Shown here piece by piece: positions 10,119-26,123 of a stretch of 64,000 nt of DNA; within the stretch, counting starts at the first letter, position 1; the number at the start of each line of letters is the position of its first letter. Position numbers and translations under genes: made by a program. The stretch is from an uncultured Gammaproteobacteria bacterium. GTDB lineage: Bacteria; Pseudomonadota; Gammaproteobacteria; UBA9214. The stretch lies in the NCBI GenBank assembly GCA_963803275.1, contig CAWDLS010000014.1:91567-155566 (forward strand), given 5' to 3'. The notes under the pieces were generated by a model. The model searched no databases and was not told the origin of the DNA. It worked only from the letters and a program-made list of their open reading frames with translations.

Positions 10119-11954
10119 TTACTCGACGGTGACCGACTTGGCGAGGTTGCGCGGCTGATCGATGTCCGTGCCCTTGAAGACCGCAACATGGTAGGCCAGC
10201 AGCTGCAGCGGCACGGTGAAGATGATCGGTGCAATGCTGTCATCGGTCGGTGCCACCGGCAGCACGGTCACACCCGGCTCACTGGTAATGCCGACATCCA
10301 CATCGGCAAACACGATCAATTCACCGCCACGGGCACGCACCTCCTGCAGGTTGGATTTCAGCTTCTCTAGCAATTCGTTGTTGGGTGCGACCACGATCAC
10401 CGGCATGGTGGCATCGACCAGGGCGAGCGGTCCATGCTTGAGTTCACCGGCCGGGTAGGCCTCGGCATGGATGTAGGAAATTTCCTTCAGCTTCAGCGCC
10501 CCCTCCATGGCCACGGGAAACTGTGCACCACGCCCGAGGAACAGGGCGTTGTGCTTGTTACCCATCATCCTGTTGGCCAGTGCGCGGATTTCCTCATTCA
10601 GCGTCAGGGCATGCTCCACCTTGCCCGGCAGGCTGCGCAGCTCGTTGACCAGGCGCGCCTCGGTTTCCTGCGACATATGGTGGCGCCGCCCCAGGACGAT
10701 GGTCAGCAGCATCATCGCGACCAGCTGGGTGGTAAAGGCCTTGGTTGAGGCAACACCAATCTCGGGTCCGGCGTGTGTCATCAGCACCAGGTCGGACTCA
10801 CGCACCAGCGAGCTTTCCGCCACGTTGCAAATGGACAGCGAATGACCGAAACCCAGCCGGTGCGCCTCGCGCAGGCCGGCCAGGGTGTCGGCGGTTTCGC
10901 CCGACTGCGACAGGGTCACGATCAGCGAGTTCTTGCGCACCACCGGGTGACGGTAGCGGAATTCGCTGGCCACCTCGACACTGCAGGGGATACCGGCCAG
11001 CGATTCGAGCCAGTGGCGCCCGACCATGCCGGCATGGTAACTGGTGCCGCAGGCAATGATGTGCACACCCTTGACTGCGTCGAAAATCTGGCTTGCACTG
11101 GTGCCAAAGGCCTCTTCCAGGACACGATTGCTGCCGATGCGGCCCTCCAGGGTGTCGGCAATCGCGCGTGGCTGCTCGAAAATCTCCTTGAGCATGTAGT
11201 GTGCGTATTCGCCCTTGTCGGTCGCACTCAGCCTGAGTGCCGACTTCTTCACCGTACGCCCGACGACCTGGCCGGACTGGTCATACACCGTCAGGTGATT
11301 GTGGAAGATATCCGCAACATCGCCGTCCTCGAGAAAGATGAAATCGCTGGTGCGCGAGATCAGGGCTGCCACATCCGAGGCGATCAGTATGGCATCCCCG
11401 GCAAGCCCGATAACCAGCGGACTGCCACGCCGCGCGGCGACCAGGCGGCCGGGCTCATCCCTGCAGATCACGCCCAGTGCGAAGGCACCCTCCAGGTCGG
11501 CGACCGTCGACTTTACCGCCGCGAGCAGGTCCTGTCCCTGATCCAGGTAGTGGTCGATCTGGTGCACGATGACCTCGGTGTCAGTCTGCGAGGTAAACCG
11601 GTAGCCCGCTGCACGCTGCCGGATGCGCAAGTCGTCATGGTTTTCGATGATGCCGTTGTGCACGAGAGCCACGCGCTCGTGACAGACATGCGGGTGTGCG
11701 TTCTGTTCACTGGGCACGCCATGCGTCGCCCAGCGGGTATGGGCGATGCCGGTCAGCCCGCTCAGTGGTGTTATTTCCAGCGCCTTCGACAGTTCAGCCA
11801 CCTTGCCGACCTTGCGCACGCGTTCCAGCCGGGCACCGTCTGTCTGTACGGCGATGCCGGCCGAATCATAGCCGCGGTATTCGAGCCGCCGCAGGCCGTC
11901 CAGCAGTGTGGATACGACATCCTGACGGGCTGCAACACCGACGATTCCGCACAT
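10119..11954 (-). CDS. glmS: Glutamine--fructose-6-phosphate aminotransferase
   Basis: The N-terminus MCGIVGV is the Ntn amidotransferase start. There are two SIS domains and a C-terminal ...TVE. It is 611 aa and intact. Confidence 0.95.
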   Translation of the reverse strand: MCGIVGVAARQDVVSTLLDGLRRLEYRGYDSAGIAVQTDGARLERVRKVGKVAELSKALEITPLSGLTGIAHTRWATHGVPSEQNAHPHVCHERVALVHNGIIENHDDLRIRQRAAGYRFTSQTDTEVIVHQIDHYLDQGQDLLAAVKSTVADLEGAFALGVICRDEPGRLVAARRGSPLVIGLAGDAILIASDVAALISRTSDFIFLEDGDVADIFHNHLTVYDQSGQVVGRTVKKSALRLSATDKGEYAHYMLKEIFEQPRAIADTLEGRIGSNRVLEEAFGTSASQIFDAVKGVHIIACGTSYHAGMVGRHWLESLAGIPCSVEVASEFRYRHPVVRKNSLIVTLSQSGETADTLAGLREAHRLGFGHSLSICNVAESSLVRESDLVLMTHAGPEIGVASTKAFTTQLVAMMLLTIVLGRRHHMSQETEARLVNELRSLPGKVEHALTLNEEIRALANRMMGNKHNALFLGRGAQFPVAMEGALKLKEISYIHAEAYPAGELKHGPLALVDATMPVIVVAPNNELLEKLKSNLQEVRARGGELIVFADVDVGITSEPGVTVLPVAPTDDSIAPIIFTVPLQLLAYHVAVFKGTDIDQPRNLAKSVTVE

Positions 11955-12056
11955 AGCTTGCTACCTTCCCTCGCCGGGGCCGTGACCGGATGTGGCTACC
12001 GGCCAGTTACCCGCCTGCCTTCGGCTTGCACTGTTACACGTTTTACAATTCACTTG

Positions 12057-13451
12057 TCACGACTCACGATCGGTTGTCTGCTTTTTCACCGGACGCTTCC
12101 AGCCACGGCGGGTCTTCTGTTCGGCGCGGCTCAGGGTCAGTTCGCCGGCCGGCGCATCGCGTGTGATCGTCGAACCGGCACCGATCGTCGCGCCGTCCGC
12201 TACCGTGACCGGCGCAACCAGCTGGGTATCCGAACCGATGAACACGTCGTCACCGATGATGGTACGGTGCTTGCGGGCGCCGTCATAATTACAGGTTATG
12301 GTGCCGGCACCGACATTCACACCGCGGCCGATCGTGGTATCGCCGATATAGCTCAGGTGATTGATCTTGGAGCCGGTGCCGACGTCGGATTTCTTGATCT
12401 CTACAAAGTTGCCGACATGGGTGTGTTCCGCAAGTCGCGTATCCGGCCGCACGCGTGCAAACGGGCCGATGCGTGCCGCGTTGCCGATGTCCGCCTCCTC
12501 GATCACGCAGTTGGCGAGGATGACGACGTCATCACCGACACGCACGTTGCGCATGACCACGTTCGGACCGATCGTCACGCGGCTGCCGAGCCGTATGTCG
12601 CCTTCCAGCACGGCATTTACGTCGATGACCACATCCTGGCCGGCAGCCAGGGTACCACGCAGATCGAAACGCGCCGGATCGATCAGCGTCACGCCGTCAC
12701 GCATGCAACGCTCCGCCTGGCGGCGCTGATAGTAACGTTCCTGGGACGCCAGTTGCGCACGATCGTTGATGCCCATGACCTCCTCGATGGTCTCCGCCGT
12801 AAAGCCGCGCACGCTGACACCATCGTTGACGGCGCGCACGACCACATCGGTGAGGTAGAACTCGCCCTGTGCATTGCTGTTGTCGAGTGCCGCCACCCAG
12901 CGGCGCAGCTTCGTGGCCGAGGTGGCGATGAAGCCGGTATTGATTTCGCGTATGGCGCGCTCGGCAGGGCTGGCGTCCTTTTCCTCGACGATGCCGCAGA
13001 TGCTGCCGTCGGCATTGTGCAGGATGCGGCCGTAACCCGTCGGCACCCCGAGTTCCGCCGTCAGCAGGCCGACAAAACCCTGCGCGGCGATCGCGCATAA
13101 CGGCTCGAGCATGTGCCTGCGGATCAGCGGCACGTCACCGTACATCACCAGCACGATGTGACCGTCTGGGACAGCCGGCATGGCCTGGGCGACGGCATGC
13201 CCGGTGCCCAGCTGCCGCTCCTGCATGACCCAGTCGACCCCGGCATCCGCAAACACTCTGCGCACACGCTCCGCACCGTGCCCGATCACGACATGAATAT
13301 CAGCAGCATCAAGCTCATGCGCCGTGTCGATGACATGTGCAAGCAGCGGTCGCCCGCCCAGCGGATGCAGCACCTTGGGCAAATCCGAGCGCATGCGCGT
13401 GCCCTGGCCGGCAGCGAGAATAATGATACTCAATGGCATATCAGCGGACAT
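12057..13451 (-). CDS. glmU: Bifunctional N-acetylglucosamine-1-phosphate uridyltransferase / glucosamine-1-phosphate acetyltransferase
   Basis: LSIIILAAGQGTRMRSDLPKVLH is the nucleotidyltransferase motif and the C-terminal half has left-handed beta-helix hexapeptide repeats. It is 464 aa. An alternative start lies at M5 (13439). Confidence 0.93.
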   Translation of the reverse strand: MSADMPLSIIILAAGQGTRMRSDLPKVLHPLGGRPLLAHVIDTAHELDAADIHVVIGHGAERVRRVFADAGVDWVMQERQLGTGHAVAQAMPAVPDGHIVLVMYGDVPLIRRHMLEPLCAIAAQGFVGLLTAELGVPTGYGRILHNADGSICGIVEEKDASPAERAIREINTGFIATSATKLRRWVAALDNSNAQGEFYLTDVVVRAVNDGVSVRGFTAETIEEVMGINDRAQLASQERYYQRRQAERCMRDGVTLIDPARFDLRGTLAAGQDVVIDVNAVLEGDIRLGSRVTIGPNVVMRNVRVGDDVVILANCVIEEADIGNAARIGPFARVRPDTRLAEHTHVGNFVEIKKSDVGTGSKINHLSYIGDTTIGRGVNVGAGTITCNYDGARKHRTIIGDDVFIGSDTQLVAPVTVADGATIGAGSTITRDAPAGELTLSRAEQKTRRGWKRPVKKQTTDRES

Positions 13452-13635
13452 TTGCGTGCCTGAAATATTGCACAGTCAACCTCGGGGACGCAAAGCAATT
13501 TATGTAACCGATGGCTGCCTGGAACAGTCCGCCGCCTGCCGCCGGGTGGCTCATGGTCGCAAGGTGGAGAAAAATAACGGGAAACATGGCCCTGTATCGG
13601 CCGGCCGGGTGATACGTTTATATGCGCATCCAGCG

Positions 13636-14124
13636 TCAGTGCAGAACCGGCATGAGCATGGGTTCGACACCGTTGGCCACTTCATCCGGCGTGGCATCCC
13701 GTATGGCGGTGACCCTGATATGGAACACGATGGTCTTGCCTGCCATGGGGTGGTTGCCATCCACCGTCAGCTTGCCGTTCTCGATGTGCGTGACGGTGAA
13801 TTTCCGCGTATCACCCTGATCATTCATCATCTCCACCTCGGCGCCAACACGGCGGAATTCGGGGGGGACATTGTCCATGTCGTCGGTATAGGTCAGATTC
13901 GGATCGTGCGCCCCGAATCCCTCGTCCGGTGTCAGTTCAACCTCGACGGTATCACCTACCGCGCTGCCTTCCAGTTCCTGCTCGACCTTTTCAAACAGGT
14001 CATGCCTGCCGCCGTGGACATAGCTGATGGGGAGATCGGACTGTTCGATGACGTCACCGGACTCGTCGACTATCGAATAGGTGAACGAGACCACCTTGTT
14101 CTGGTCGACGAATTGCCCGGTCAT
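13636..14124 (-). CDS. FKBP-type peptidyl-prolyl cis-trans isomerase (SlyD/SlpA-like, 162 aa)
   Basis: The FKBP fold motifs (VVSFTYSIVDESGDVIEQ and DGNHPMAGKTIVFHIRVT) are present. Its ATG overlaps the atpC stop codon (TGATG). Confidence 0.8.
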   Translation of the reverse strand: MTGQFVDQNKVVSFTYSIVDESGDVIEQSDLPISYVHGGRHDLFEKVEQELEGSAVGDTVEVELTPDEGFGAHDPNLTYTDDMDNVPPEFRRVGAEVEMMNDQGDTRKFTVTHIENGKLTVDGNHPMAGKTIVFHIRVTAIRDATPDEVANGVEPMLMPVLH

Positions 14125-14543
14125 CAGCGTTTCTTGCGCAGCTTGCGGATCGCGGCCAGCTGGGCCATGGACTCGGCCAGTTCCGACTGGGCCCTGGCGT
14201 AATCGATGTTGGCGGCCTTGTCGGACAGCAGCTTCTCCGCGCGCTCCTTCGCCTCCAGCGCCTGTGCCTCGTCGAGGTCGTCGGCACGTATGGCGGTGTC
14301 GGCCAGCACGGTCACCAGGTGCGGTTGCACCTCCAGCATGCCACCGGAGACGAAAAAAGACAGTTCAGCGCCATCCTGGGTTTGCACACGCACCTCGCCG
14401 GGCCTGAGCCGGGTCAGCAGCTGGGTGTGGCGCGGCGCGATACCGACCTCGCCCATCTCGGCGGGGGCGAATACCATCGTCGCCGTGCCGGAGTAGATCT
14501 CGGCCTCGGCGCTGACGATATCGACATGCAGGGTCATTGCCAT
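14124..14543 (-). CDS. atpC: F0F1 ATP synthase subunit epsilon
   Basis: [19 protein letters not shown]...GGMLEVQPH matches the epsilon family. It sits at the 3' end of the atp operon. Confidence 0.9.
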   Translation of the reverse strand: MAMTLHVDIVSAEAEIYSGTATMVFAPAEMGEVGIAPRHTQLLTRLRPGEVRVQTQDGAELSFFVSGGMLEVQPHLVTVLADTAIRADDLDEAQALEAKERAEKLLSDKAANIDYARAQSELAESMAQLAAIRKLRKKR

Positions 14544-14569
14544 CTTATCTTACTCTTGTTTCGTGACAC

Positions 14570-15964
<1,395 letters not shown>

Positions 15965-16099
15965 CTAATCTTTATCTGTTGCAGGAGTGGATCAAATCCA
16001 CTTCCCGTACACAGTCCTGCTCAGCGCGACGTACAGGGATGTACGAGTGCCGCGTGAGGCAGGATGCCGGGAGCGGCAAGCGCTACTGCATCAAATTTA

Positions 16100-16960
16100 T
16101 CAAACCGCCGCGGCACCACTGACGATCTCGGAAATCTCCTGGGTAATCGCCGCCTGGCGTGCCTTGTTGTAGATGAGCTGCAGTTCATCGATCAGGCTGC
16201 CGGCGTTGTCGGTAGCCGCCTTCATGGCGACCATGCGCGCCGCCATTTCGCAGGCGATATTCTCCACCACGCCCTGGTACACCAGCGATTCGATGTAGCG
16301 GATCATCAGTGCGTCCATTACCGGGCGCGAATCCGGTTCGTAGATATAATCCCAGTGTATCTTCAGCTCCTCTTCCTCTTCACCGGACACCGGGATCAGC
16401 TGCTTGATCACCGGTTCCTGGCTCATGGTGTTCACGAACCTGTTATGTACCAGGTACAGGCGGTCGATCTCGCCGGCCTCGTAGGCATCCAGCATCACCT
16501 TGACGGTGCCGATCAGCTCGATGATCGACGGCTTGTCGCCGAGGTGTTTCGCCGTGGAGGCAATCCTGCCGCCTATGCGTCTGAAAAACGAACTCGCCTT
16601 GCTGCCGATCAGTGTCAGGTCGATTTCGAGTCCGGCCGCGCTCCACTCCTTCATCGCGGTGATGGCCTTCTTGAACAGGTTGCTGTTCAGGCCGCCGCAC
16701 AGTCCGCGATCGGTGGAGATGATGATCAGCCCGATACGTTTTACCGGGCGCTCGACCAGGTAGGGATGATGATATTCCGGGTGTGACTGCGCGACATGCG
16801 CGATCACGTTCTGTATGCGTTCGGCGTACGGGCGCGTTGCCAGCATGCGGTCCTGTGCCTTGCGCATCTTGCTCGCCGCCACCATTTGCATTGCCTTGGT
16901 GATCTTTTGCGTGTTCTTGATGCTCGCAATCTTGGTGCGGATTTCTTTCGCGCCTGCCAT
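16100..16960 (-). CDS. atpG: F0F1 ATP synthase subunit gamma
   Basis: [36 protein letters not shown] is the canonical gamma N-terminus. The ORF extends upstream to 17011, but the conserved start is the ATG at 16960. Confidence 0.9.
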   Translation of the reverse strand: MAGAKEIRTKIASIKNTQKITKAMQMVAASKMRKAQDRMLATRPYAERIQNVIAHVAQSHPEYHHPYLVERPVKRIGLIIISTDRGLCGGLNSNLFKKAITAMKEWSAAGLEIDLTLIGSKASSFFRRIGGRIASTAKHLGDKPSIIELIGTVKVMLDAYEAGEIDRLYLVHNRFVNTMSQEPVIKQLIPVSGEEEEELKIHWDYIYEPDSRPVMDALMIRYIESLVYQGVVENIACEMAARMVAMKAATDNAGSLIDELQLIYNKARQAAITQEISEIVSGAAAV

Positions 16961-17090
16961 GTTTACCCTGTTGCCCTGTGCAAGTGATGTGACCCGTATG
17001 GTGACGGCCAAAACCCGGTGATCGACAACCGCGTACCGGGATCAGGCCATACCTCCCCAGCCAGGGGTACGGCGATAAAGATCCTGCTGT

Positions 17091-18632
<1,542 letters not shown>

Positions 18633-18660
18633 AGTTAGTTACCTTGTATAAACCTTCGAT

Positions 18661-19197
18661 TCAGTGACTCAGCGCCGTACCCAGACGTTCCAGCTTGCCG
18701 CGCACGGAACCGTCGATAACCAGGTCGCCGGCACGAATGACGGCGCCGCCCAGCAGCGCCGCATCGGTCCTGCAGGTCAGTTCGATCTCGCGTCCCAGGC
18801 GCTTGCGCAGGCCTTCGGCGATCTGCGCCTGCTGGGTCGCGCTGGCCGGAAACGCCGTGGTCAACTCGGCCTGCACGCGACCCTCGGCCTCGCGACGCTG
18901 GATCTCGAACAGCGCGGCGATGTCCGGTAACAGTCCGAGCCGGCGATTCTCCGCCAGCGCGCGCACGAAGTTGGCGCCCTGCTCGTTGAGCCGTTCGCCG
19001 CCGATCCCGATGGTCAGGTCGGCCAGCTGTGCCTCGGTCATGCGCGGATTCTCGATCAGCGCGCACATGGCAGGGTCTGCCACGATTGCCGCAAGCAGCG
19101 CCAGCATCTCCGACCAGTCCTTCAGCACACGGTGCTCGCTGGCGAACAGGAACGCGGCGTGTGCGTAGGGACGTGCAACGGTAAGGGTCTCGGCCAT
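18661..19197 (-). CDS. atpH: F0F1 ATP synthase subunit delta
   Basis: A 178-aa OSCP/delta family member (ARPYAHAAF...) in the operon position between atpF and atpA. Confidence 0.85.
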   Translation of the reverse strand: MAETLTVARPYAHAAFLFASEHRVLKDWSEMLALLAAIVADPAMCALIENPRMTEAQLADLTIGIGGERLNEQGANFVRALAENRRLGLLPDIAALFEIQRREAEGRVQAELTTAFPASATQQAQIAEGLRKRLGREIELTCRTDAALLGGAVIRAGDLVIDGSVRGKLERLGTALSH

Positions 19198-19206
19198 GAT
19201 CGGGAC

Positions 19207-19677
19207 CTACAGTTCCGCGGCCAGCTTGTTGAGCAGCTCGGCGTGCGCGCTTTCGTTGACTTCCCGCTCCAGTACCTTGCCGGCACCGGCCAGCGCGATG
19301 GAAACGATCTGCCCGCGCAGGCTTTCCTTGACGCGGTTGACCTCCTGCTCGATCTCGGACTGCGCCGCCGACTTTATGCGGTCGCCCTCGGCACGCGCGT
19401 CCTGCTTGGCTTCGTCGACGATTTCAGCCGCGCGTTTGTCGGCGCGGGTGATGATCTCGCCGGCCTGCGACTTCGCTTCACGCAGGATTTCGCGGGCACG
19501 CTCCTCGGCCAGCGCCTTTTCATGCTTGCCGCGCTCCCCCGCGGCCAGGCCATCGGCGATCTTTTTGCGGCGTTCGTCGAGCGCGGCCATGATCGGTGGC
19601 CAGACAAACTTCATGCAAAACCAGACAAATACGAGGAACGTGATGCTCTGCCCGATCAGTGTCGCGTTGAAATTCAT
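19207..19677 (-). CDS. atpF: F0F1 ATP synthase subunit b
   Basis: An N-terminal transmembrane helix is followed by a long charged coiled coil. It is 156 aa and in operon context. Confidence 0.85.
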   Translation of the reverse strand: MNFNATLIGQSITFLVFVWFCMKFVWPPIMAALDERRKKIADGLAAGERGKHEKALAEERAREILREAKSQAGEIITRADKRAAEIVDEAKQDARAEGDRIKSAAQSEIEQEVNRVKESLRGQIVSIALAGAGKVLEREVNESAHAELLNKLAAEL

Positions 19678-19692
19678 GCCTGCACCCCGGTA

Positions 19693-19935
<243 letters not shown>

Positions 19936-19964
19936 CTAGTGTTGCGTACTGTTCAGTATAAAAT

Positions 19965-21231
<1,267 letters not shown>

Positions 21232-21519
21232 CCTTTATCAGTTAGTTACGTGATACAGACTGGGAGATCGTGCGCGCAGAGGCGCCGCGCACCAAAGCCA
21301 GCCGGCCACGAGGCAGCCGGGGATTATAAGGACGGTCTATGGGAGGGGTCAATCAATTAAGGCATGGGGGGGTCGACCCGGCAGGCTGTTGAACAAGTCC
21401 AAGACAAGTGCAGGACAAGGTTAAAATCGGTGATAAAGCGCGGTGTACCCGCCACAACACGGGCATTTTGAGCCGGTTGTTGACGCCGTATCGTGCCGCA
21501 TGAGTGAGTTTCAAGCCTG

Positions 21520-22483
21520 CTAGTGGATATGTTCCAGGATCCCGTCGAGCTCGTCCAGGCTGTTGTAGCTGATCTCCAGCTTGCCCTTGCCGCCGCGTCC
21601 GGGGCGGATCAACACGCTGGCACCGAGCCGGTCCGACAGGCGGGTTTCCAGCTGACGGATGTCAGGATCCTCGCGCGGTGGCGGTGACTTGGCGCTGCGC
21701 GGCTGTTGCAGGTGCCTGACCAGCCCCTCGGTGGCGCGCACGCTGAGGCCACGTGCAGTCACCTGGCGCGCCGCCTCGACCTGGGCGGGGCCTGCGAGCG
21801 ACAGCAGCGCACGCGCATGCCCCATCTCCAGCTCGCCACGCTCGACCATGGCCTTGACGGCCACATCGAGATCGAGCAGACGCAACAGGTTGGACACCGC
21901 GGCACGGGATCGCCCAACGGCCTCGGCGGCCTGTTCGTGGGTAAGTTCGAATTCGTCGAATCAGGCGGTCGAGTGACGCGGCCTCTTCCATCGGGTTGAG
22001 GTTTTCACGCTGGATATTCTCGATCAGCGCGATGGCGATCGCGGCACGGTCTTCCACATCGCGCACGATCGCCGGGATTTCATGCAAGCCGGCCAGCTGG
22101 GCGGCACGCCAGCGCCGCTCGCCGGCGATGATTTCATACCCGGCATCGCCGAGCCGGCGCACCACGATCGGTTGCAGCACACCCTGGGCACTGATGGAAT
22201 CGGCGAGGTCCTGCAATGATTCCTTGTGCATATCGATGCGCGGCTGGTACTTGCCCCGCCGGATGATATCGACCGGCAGCTTGCACAGGGCGCCGTCGGC
22301 CGGCGGCGCAGAAGTGGGCTCGCGTGTCGCGTGCGGATCCGGTGTCACACGCACAGGCCATGGCCCGGCCGGCGCGCCGGGCTGACCGATCACCTCCGCC
22401 GGTGTTTCCGTCTCTGCAGGGCGGGCACCTGGACCCAGCAATGCATCCAGACCCCGTCCCAATCCGCGTTTTTTAACAGCCAT
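21520..22483 (-). pseudogene. parB: Chromosome partitioning protein ParB with one frameshift near 21930-21960
   Basis: The N-terminal ORF (22483-21662) carries ParB motifs (KRGLGRGLDALL, IIAGERRWRAA). The C-terminal ORF (21897-21520) carries the HTH and dimerisation region. Shifting frame by 1 nt at ...SLDRLI restores the conserved stretch FDEFELTHEQAAEAVGRSRAAVSNLLRLLDL. Confidence 0.85.
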
Positions 22484-22508
22484 GTGCAGTACCGTCGCCA
22501 GTCAGACG

Positions 22509-23345
22509 TTAATAGTGCGCCGCATCGGAGGCGGCGGTTTCCGCCATTTCTTCTGCAACCGGCTCCGCCGTGACCGCCGGCGCATGGCGGCGCAGGTATT
22601 CACCGGCCAGCGCCAGGTAGGCCATGGCACCACGCGAACCCTTGTCATAGCGCAATACCGGCAAACCGTGACTGGGTGCCTCGGCCAGCCGCACGTTGCG
22701 CGGAATGATGGTGCGGTAGACCTTGTCACCGAAGTGTTGCTGCAATTGCGCGGATACCTCCGTCGCAAGCCGGTTACGCGCATCGAACATGGTGCGCAGC
22801 AGTCCCTCGATGCCCAGCTCGGGATTGACCGCCACGCGCACCTGTTCCACGGTATCGATTAGCGCAGACAGACCTTCCAGCGCGTAATACTCGCACTGGA
22901 TCGGTATCATCACACTGTGCGCGGCGGCCAGTGCATTGACCGTGAGCATGTTCAGCGACGGCGGACAATCGATCAGGATAACATCGTAATCGGCCAGGAT
23001 ATAACTGAGTGCTGCACGCAGGCGACGCTCGCGATCGTCCTTGCCCATCAATTCGACCTCGGCCGCGGTCAGGTCGGCATTGCCCGGCAGTATGTCGTAA
23101 CCGGCCGCGTCGGCGTGCACTATCGCACCGCGGATGTGGCTATGCCCGAGCAGGACATCATAGCCGGTGCGGCTGATCTCGTGCTTGTCGAGCCCGCTGC
23201 CCATGGTCGCATTGCCCTGGGCATCGAGATCGATCAGCAGCACACGGCGGCCGGTCTCCGACAGGGATGCGGCGAAGTTGACACTGGTCGTGGTCTTGCC
23301 AACACCGCCTTTCTGGTTGGTAACGGCGATTATCCTGCCCGTCAT
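22509..23345 (-). CDS. parA: Chromosome partitioning ATPase ParA (Soj)
   Basis: It has the deviant Walker A box (VTNQKGGVGKTTT). It is 278 aa and intact. Confidence 0.92.
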   Translation of the reverse strand: MTGRIIAVTNQKGGVGKTTTSVNFAASLSETGRRVLLIDLDAQGNATMGSGLDKHEISRTGYDVLLGHSHIRGAIVHADAAGYDILPGNADLTAAEVELMGKDDRERRLRAALSYILADYDVILIDCPPSLNMLTVNALAAAHSVMIPIQCEYYALEGLSALIDTVEQVRVAVNPELGIEGLLRTMFDARNRLATEVSAQLQQHFGDKVYRTIIPRNVRLAEAPSHGLPVLRYDKGSRGAMAYLALAGEYLRRHAPAVTAEPVAEEMAETAASDAAHY

Positions 23346-23357
23346 GTGGCTGCCTCC

Positions 23358-24040
23358 TCAACGTTGGCGGAAAGCTGCATGGCGACCACGTGGCGTTCGG
23401 CATCCAGCCCCGGCACCTTCAGTGCAATGACATCCGCGTGCACGCCGGTGGCTTCCAGACATTCGATTTCCGTCATCGGGTAAACGCCCTTCATCGCCAG
23501 CATGTGGCCGTGCGGGGTGCATAGCTGCGCGGCATGGCGATAGTACTTCTGGCAGATCGGAAAATGCGCGGCAGATCATGGTATCGAACAGCACTTCGGC
23601 CGGTAATCCTCGATGCGCGGGTTCACCAGTGTGACGTTGTCGAGGTTGAGTATGCCGAGCGTCTGCTGTACGAAGCGCAGCTTCTTGCTGCTGCTGTCGA
23701 GCAGCACGAATTCGCGTTCGGGACACGCGATGGCCAGCGGTATGCCGGGCAGTCCCGCGCCTGTGCCGATATCGATCACACGTTCGCCGTACAGGTGATC
23801 GACGATCGACAGGCTGTCGAGGATGTGGCGTGTAATGATGTCGGTTGGCTTGCGCACCGAGGTCAGGTTGTAGACCCGGTTCCAGTTCATCAGCTCGGTG
23901 ACATATTCCATCAACAGATCGTCACCGCCCAGACGCTCTTCCAGGCCCAGCTCCTGGATGCCGTCCTCGAGCAGCTCACCGGGATCAACGAAGCCGTTGT
24001 TACGTCCCTTGCGGTTGCGGTTGTAGAGTCCGGTATACAT
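23358..24040 (-). pseudogene. rsmG: 16S rRNA m7G527 methyltransferase RsmG (GidB), interrupted by at least 2 frameshifts. The 3' boundary is approximate.
   Basis: The N-terminal fragment carries WNRVYNLTSVRKP...HILDSL and the SAM motif IDIGTGAGLPGIPLAI. The downstream fragment carries FDTMICRAF in another frame. Confidence 0.7.
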
Positions 24041-24066
24041 GTCCTGTCAGTTGCGATTGGCGAATG

Positions 24067-25962
24067 CTATGCACGCTTGCGTAGCAGCCGGTTTTTCTTG
24101 ACGTGTATCAGCAGCAGCGATATGGCAGCCGGTGTGACGCCCGGGATGCGTGCTGCCTGGCCGATGGTCTGCGGTCTCGCATCCAGCAGTTTTTCACACA
24201 CCTCGCTGGACAGGCCACGTACCGCATTGTAATCGAATTCCAGCGGCAATGTTTGTTCCTGGTGGCGACGCTGGCGATCGATCTCGCCGGCTGACGATCC
24301 AGGTAGCCCGCGTACTTCGCCTGGATCTCGACCTGCTCGGCCACCGCCCCATCGGCTACCGGCGGTCCCAGCCTCTCGATGGCGGTCAGTGCATGGTAGC
24401 CCAGCTCCGGACGGCGCAGCAGTTCACAGCGCAAACTGCTCGCGCGCGAGTGGCTTGTCGAGCAGCGCCGCCAGCGCGTGCGGCCGGCATGGCTGTCCGG
24501 GCGGACCAGCAAGGCCGCGAGGCGCTGCTGTTCACGCTCGATGGCCGACCGCTTGATGCAGAAGGCCATCCAGCGCCGTTCGTCCACGAGACCCAGCCGG
24601 CGGCCCGTTTCCGTCAGGCGCAGGTCGGCGTTGTCCTGGCGCAGCGTCAGGCGGTATTCCGCGCGACTGGTGAACATGCGGTAGGGCTCGCTGGTGCCGC
24701 GGGTCACCAGGTCATCGATCAGCACGCCCATGTAGGCCTGCTCGCGCCCGGCGTCCAGGGCTCTTCGCCCTGCGCCTGGCGTGCGGCATTCAGGCCGGCA
24801 ATCAGTCCCTGCGCGGCAGCCTCCTCATAACCGGTGGTTCCGTTGATCTGACCGGCAAAAAACAGCCCGCCGATGACCCGGGTCTCCAGCGAATACAGCA
24901 GATCGCGCGGATCGAAGAAATCGTACTCGATGGCATAGCCGGGGCGGGTGATATGTGCGCGCTCGAAACCGGCGATGGAATGCACCAGTGCCAGTTGCAC
25001 GTCATAGGACAGGCTGGTGGAGATCCCGTTGGGATAGACCTCGTGGGTGTCCAGCCCCTCCGGCTCGATAAAGATCTGGTGCGAGGAGCGGTCGGCAAAG
25101 CGTACCACCTTGTCCTCGATAGATGGACAGTAGCGCGGTCCGACGCCCTCGATCGCGCCGCTGTAGAGCGGCGAATCACCGAGCCCGTCGCGAATGATGT
25201 CATGGGTACGGGCGTTGGTACGGGTGATGTGGCAACTGACCTGGCGCGGGTGATCTGCTGCGCTGCCCAGAAAGGACATCACCGGTACCGGCTCGTCACC
25301 GGGCTGTGCCTGCAGCAGGCGGTAATCGATGCTGCGCCCGTCGATGCGCGGGGGGGTACCGGTCTTCAGTCGCGCAACACGCAGCGGCAGTTCGCGCAGC
25401 GCGCTGCGCAGAGTGCATTGGCAGGTGGGTCGCCGGCGCGGCCGCCGGCATAGCTGGCCGGGCCGATATGGATACGTCCACCCAGGAAGGTCCCGACCGT
25501 CAACACCACGGAACGGGCATGGAAACGCAAGCCCATCGCGGTCACCACGCCGGTGACGCGCCCGCCGGCGACGATCAGGTCCTCTACCGCCTGCTGAAAC
25601 AGCTGCAGGCCGGGCTGGCCTTCCAGCGTCTGGCGCACGGCGTGCCGGTACAGCACGCGGTCGGCCTGGGCGCGCGTCGCCCTGACCGCATGACCCTTGC
25701 TGGCATTCAACACGCGAAACTGGATGCCGGCCTGATCGGTGACCTGCGCCATCAGCCCCCCCAGTGCGTCGATCTCGCGGACCAGGTGGCTTTTACCGAT
25801 GCCGCCGATCGCCGGGTTGCAGCTCATCTGGCCCAGTGTTTCCAGGTTATGCGTCAGCAACAGGGTCCGTGCGCCCAGCCGGGCCGCGGCCAGCGCGGCC
25901 TCGGTGCCGGCATGACCGCCGCCCACCACGATGACGTCATACTGCATCGGCCCTGAGCCCAC
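24067..25962 (-). pseudogene. mnmG: tRNA uridine-5-carboxymethylaminomethyl modification enzyme MnmG (GidA), interrupted by at least 3 frameshifts
   Basis: The N-terminus is [25 protein letters not shown], a FAD-binding motif. Middle fragments carry [15 protein letters not shown]. The C-terminal 60-aa ORF carries [23 protein letters not shown]. The total span is 632 codons, close to the ~630 aa expected. Confidence 0.85.
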
Positions 25963-26123
25963 GATGATGCCCCCGTAAAAGAAGCCGGAATTCTACGCCC
26001 CGGCCGGAAAACCTGGCAACGCAGGCCGGCCGTGAACGGCGGTTCGATTCCATCTCATAATAGCTATATATCGGAATATATTGTGCTAAAATATTTCGAA
26101 TTTCACTATATAGGGTAAATTGA

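Noticed and set aside
21232-23360. Search for parS (TGTTTCACGTGAAACA) near parAB
   Set aside because: No convincing 16-bp palindrome was found by eye in or around parA and parB within the window. The sites may lie outside, or be degenerate.
26035-26060. tRNA-like T-loop string GGTTCGATTCC upstream of mnmG
   Set aside because: The flanking bases do not form a T-stem or an acceptor stem and no cloverleaf can be drawn. It is probably a chance occurrence in promoter DNA.
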